NCBI GenBank assembly: GCA_964487715.1
Contig: CAZASE010000011.1
Coordinates: 313 to 64,312, forward strand
DNA length: 64,000 nt
Direction: 5' to 3'
Source of the DNA: an uncultured Rhodocyclaceae bacterium
GTDB taxonomy: Bacteria; Pseudomonadota; Gammaproteobacteria; Burkholderiales; Rhodocyclaceae
This document shows positions 63,265 through 64,000 of this stretch, piece after piece. The notes under the pieces are model-generated. The model was not told where the DNA came from and made no database searches. It worked only from the letters and a program-made list of their open reading frames with translations. Made by a program: the position numbers and the translations under genes. The first letter of the stretch is position 1. The number at the start of each line of letters is the position of its first letter.

Positions 63265-63293
63265 TTGTTGCATCGCGGCGCGCTTCCTATACT
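63265..63293 (+). promoter_or_regulatory. Candidate sigma70 promoter upstream of rnfB
   Basis: TTGTTG-N17-TATACT with AT-rich upstream DNA. Confidence 0.45.
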
Positions 63294-63551
63294 TCGCCGC
63301 ATCACGAACGCAAACAGCGCGACCGCACTGCTTGCGTGTCACCCGGCCAGGCACACCCCGCCCGGCCATCTTGTAAGCCGGATCCGATCTCCGGCTGCCC
63401 CGTGAATGGTCATCGTCGCCTGCGCCCCCAAAAGGTGCTGCCCGAGGCCATTGGGTTCCAGAGTCCTTACTTGTCCGCGTTGCGCCGGGTGCCGACGCAT
63501 GGACCGCAGGCCCTGGAGTTGTCGTGGGTAATTGATTCTTGAAGGAATGCA

Positions 63552-64000
63552 ATGGGCGGCACGGGATCGATGGCGAGTCTGGCCTATGCCGGCGCTTTCA
63601 TGGCGCTGCTCGGTGTTGTCCTGGCGGGCGTGATCGCCTTCGCCAACCGCCGTCTCTATGTCTATGAGGATCCGCGCATCGACGAAGTCGAGGCGCTGCT
63701 GCCGAAATCCAACTGCGGCGCCTGCGGCACCGCCGGCTGCCGCAACTTCGCCGAGAAGGTTGTCGCCGGCGAGGTGATTCCCGCCCAGTGCACCGTGAAT
63801 GCACCGGCGCAGACGACCGTGATCGCCGACCTGCTCGGCGTCGACGCCGGCACGGTGGAGAAACGCGTGGCGCGCCTGGCCTGCGCCGGCGGCCGCCACG
63901 TCGCCTACCTGCGCGCCCGCTATGCCGGGCACGACTCTTGTCGCGCCGCGCACGTCGTCAGCGGCGGCGGCAAGGACTGCGCCTGGGGCTGCCTCGGCCT
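63552..64000 (+). CDS. rnfB: Rnf electron transport complex subunit B (truncated by the window end)
   Basis: Translated by hand: N-terminal TM, VYEDPRIDEVEALLPKSNCGACGTAGC, ARLACAGG, CAWGCLG. Confidence 0.88.
   Translation, partial: MGGTGSMASLAYAGAFMALLGVVLAGVIAFANRRLYVYEDPRIDEVEALLPKSNCGACGTAGCRNFAEKVVAGEVIPAQCTVNAPAQTTVIADLLGVDAGTVEKRVARLACAGGRHVAYLRARYAGHDSCRAAHVVSGGGKDCAWGCLG

Overview
GC-rich betaproteobacterial chromosome segment (gene content resembles Rhodocyclales/Sterolibacteriaceae; taxonomy inferred, not verified). Housekeeping content: rimI, uracil-DNA glycosylase, CDF transporter, LemA/TPM cluster, lplT, LysR-alr-radA, rmuC, a GGDEF-EAL gene, a molybdenum-cofactor operon (moaA-fdhD-mobA-moeA-regulator) divergent from a Tat-exported formate dehydrogenase operon (both with sigma54-type promoters), suhB, trmJ-cysE-isc-hsc-fdx-iscX, DAHP synthase, mfd, the AmmeMemoRadiSam trio and the start of rnfB. 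Two accessory stretches (about 28.9-39.3 kb and 55.8-59.9 kb) hold an orphan cobalamin riboswitch above cobQ/cobU remnants, an AraC/ABC/LolA-like/outer-membrane operon, an IS3 scar fused to an SDR remnant, a deletion-collapsed photolyase, and a low-GC orphan gene bracketed by 28-bp inverted repeats. Most notable observation: small palindromic repeats of two different families sit at gene junctions (fdx/iscX, amrA/amrS, the mfd start, hscB/hscA). The first three are flanked by a duplicated ATGA and carry one stop-free mini-ORF ending in an ATGA overlap with the downstream start; at hscB/hscA the relay needs two mini-ORFs. A fifth bridge without a recognisable repeat links radA to an ABC permease. 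All five have 3n+2 start-to-start spacing, suggesting insertions that preserve translational coupling.
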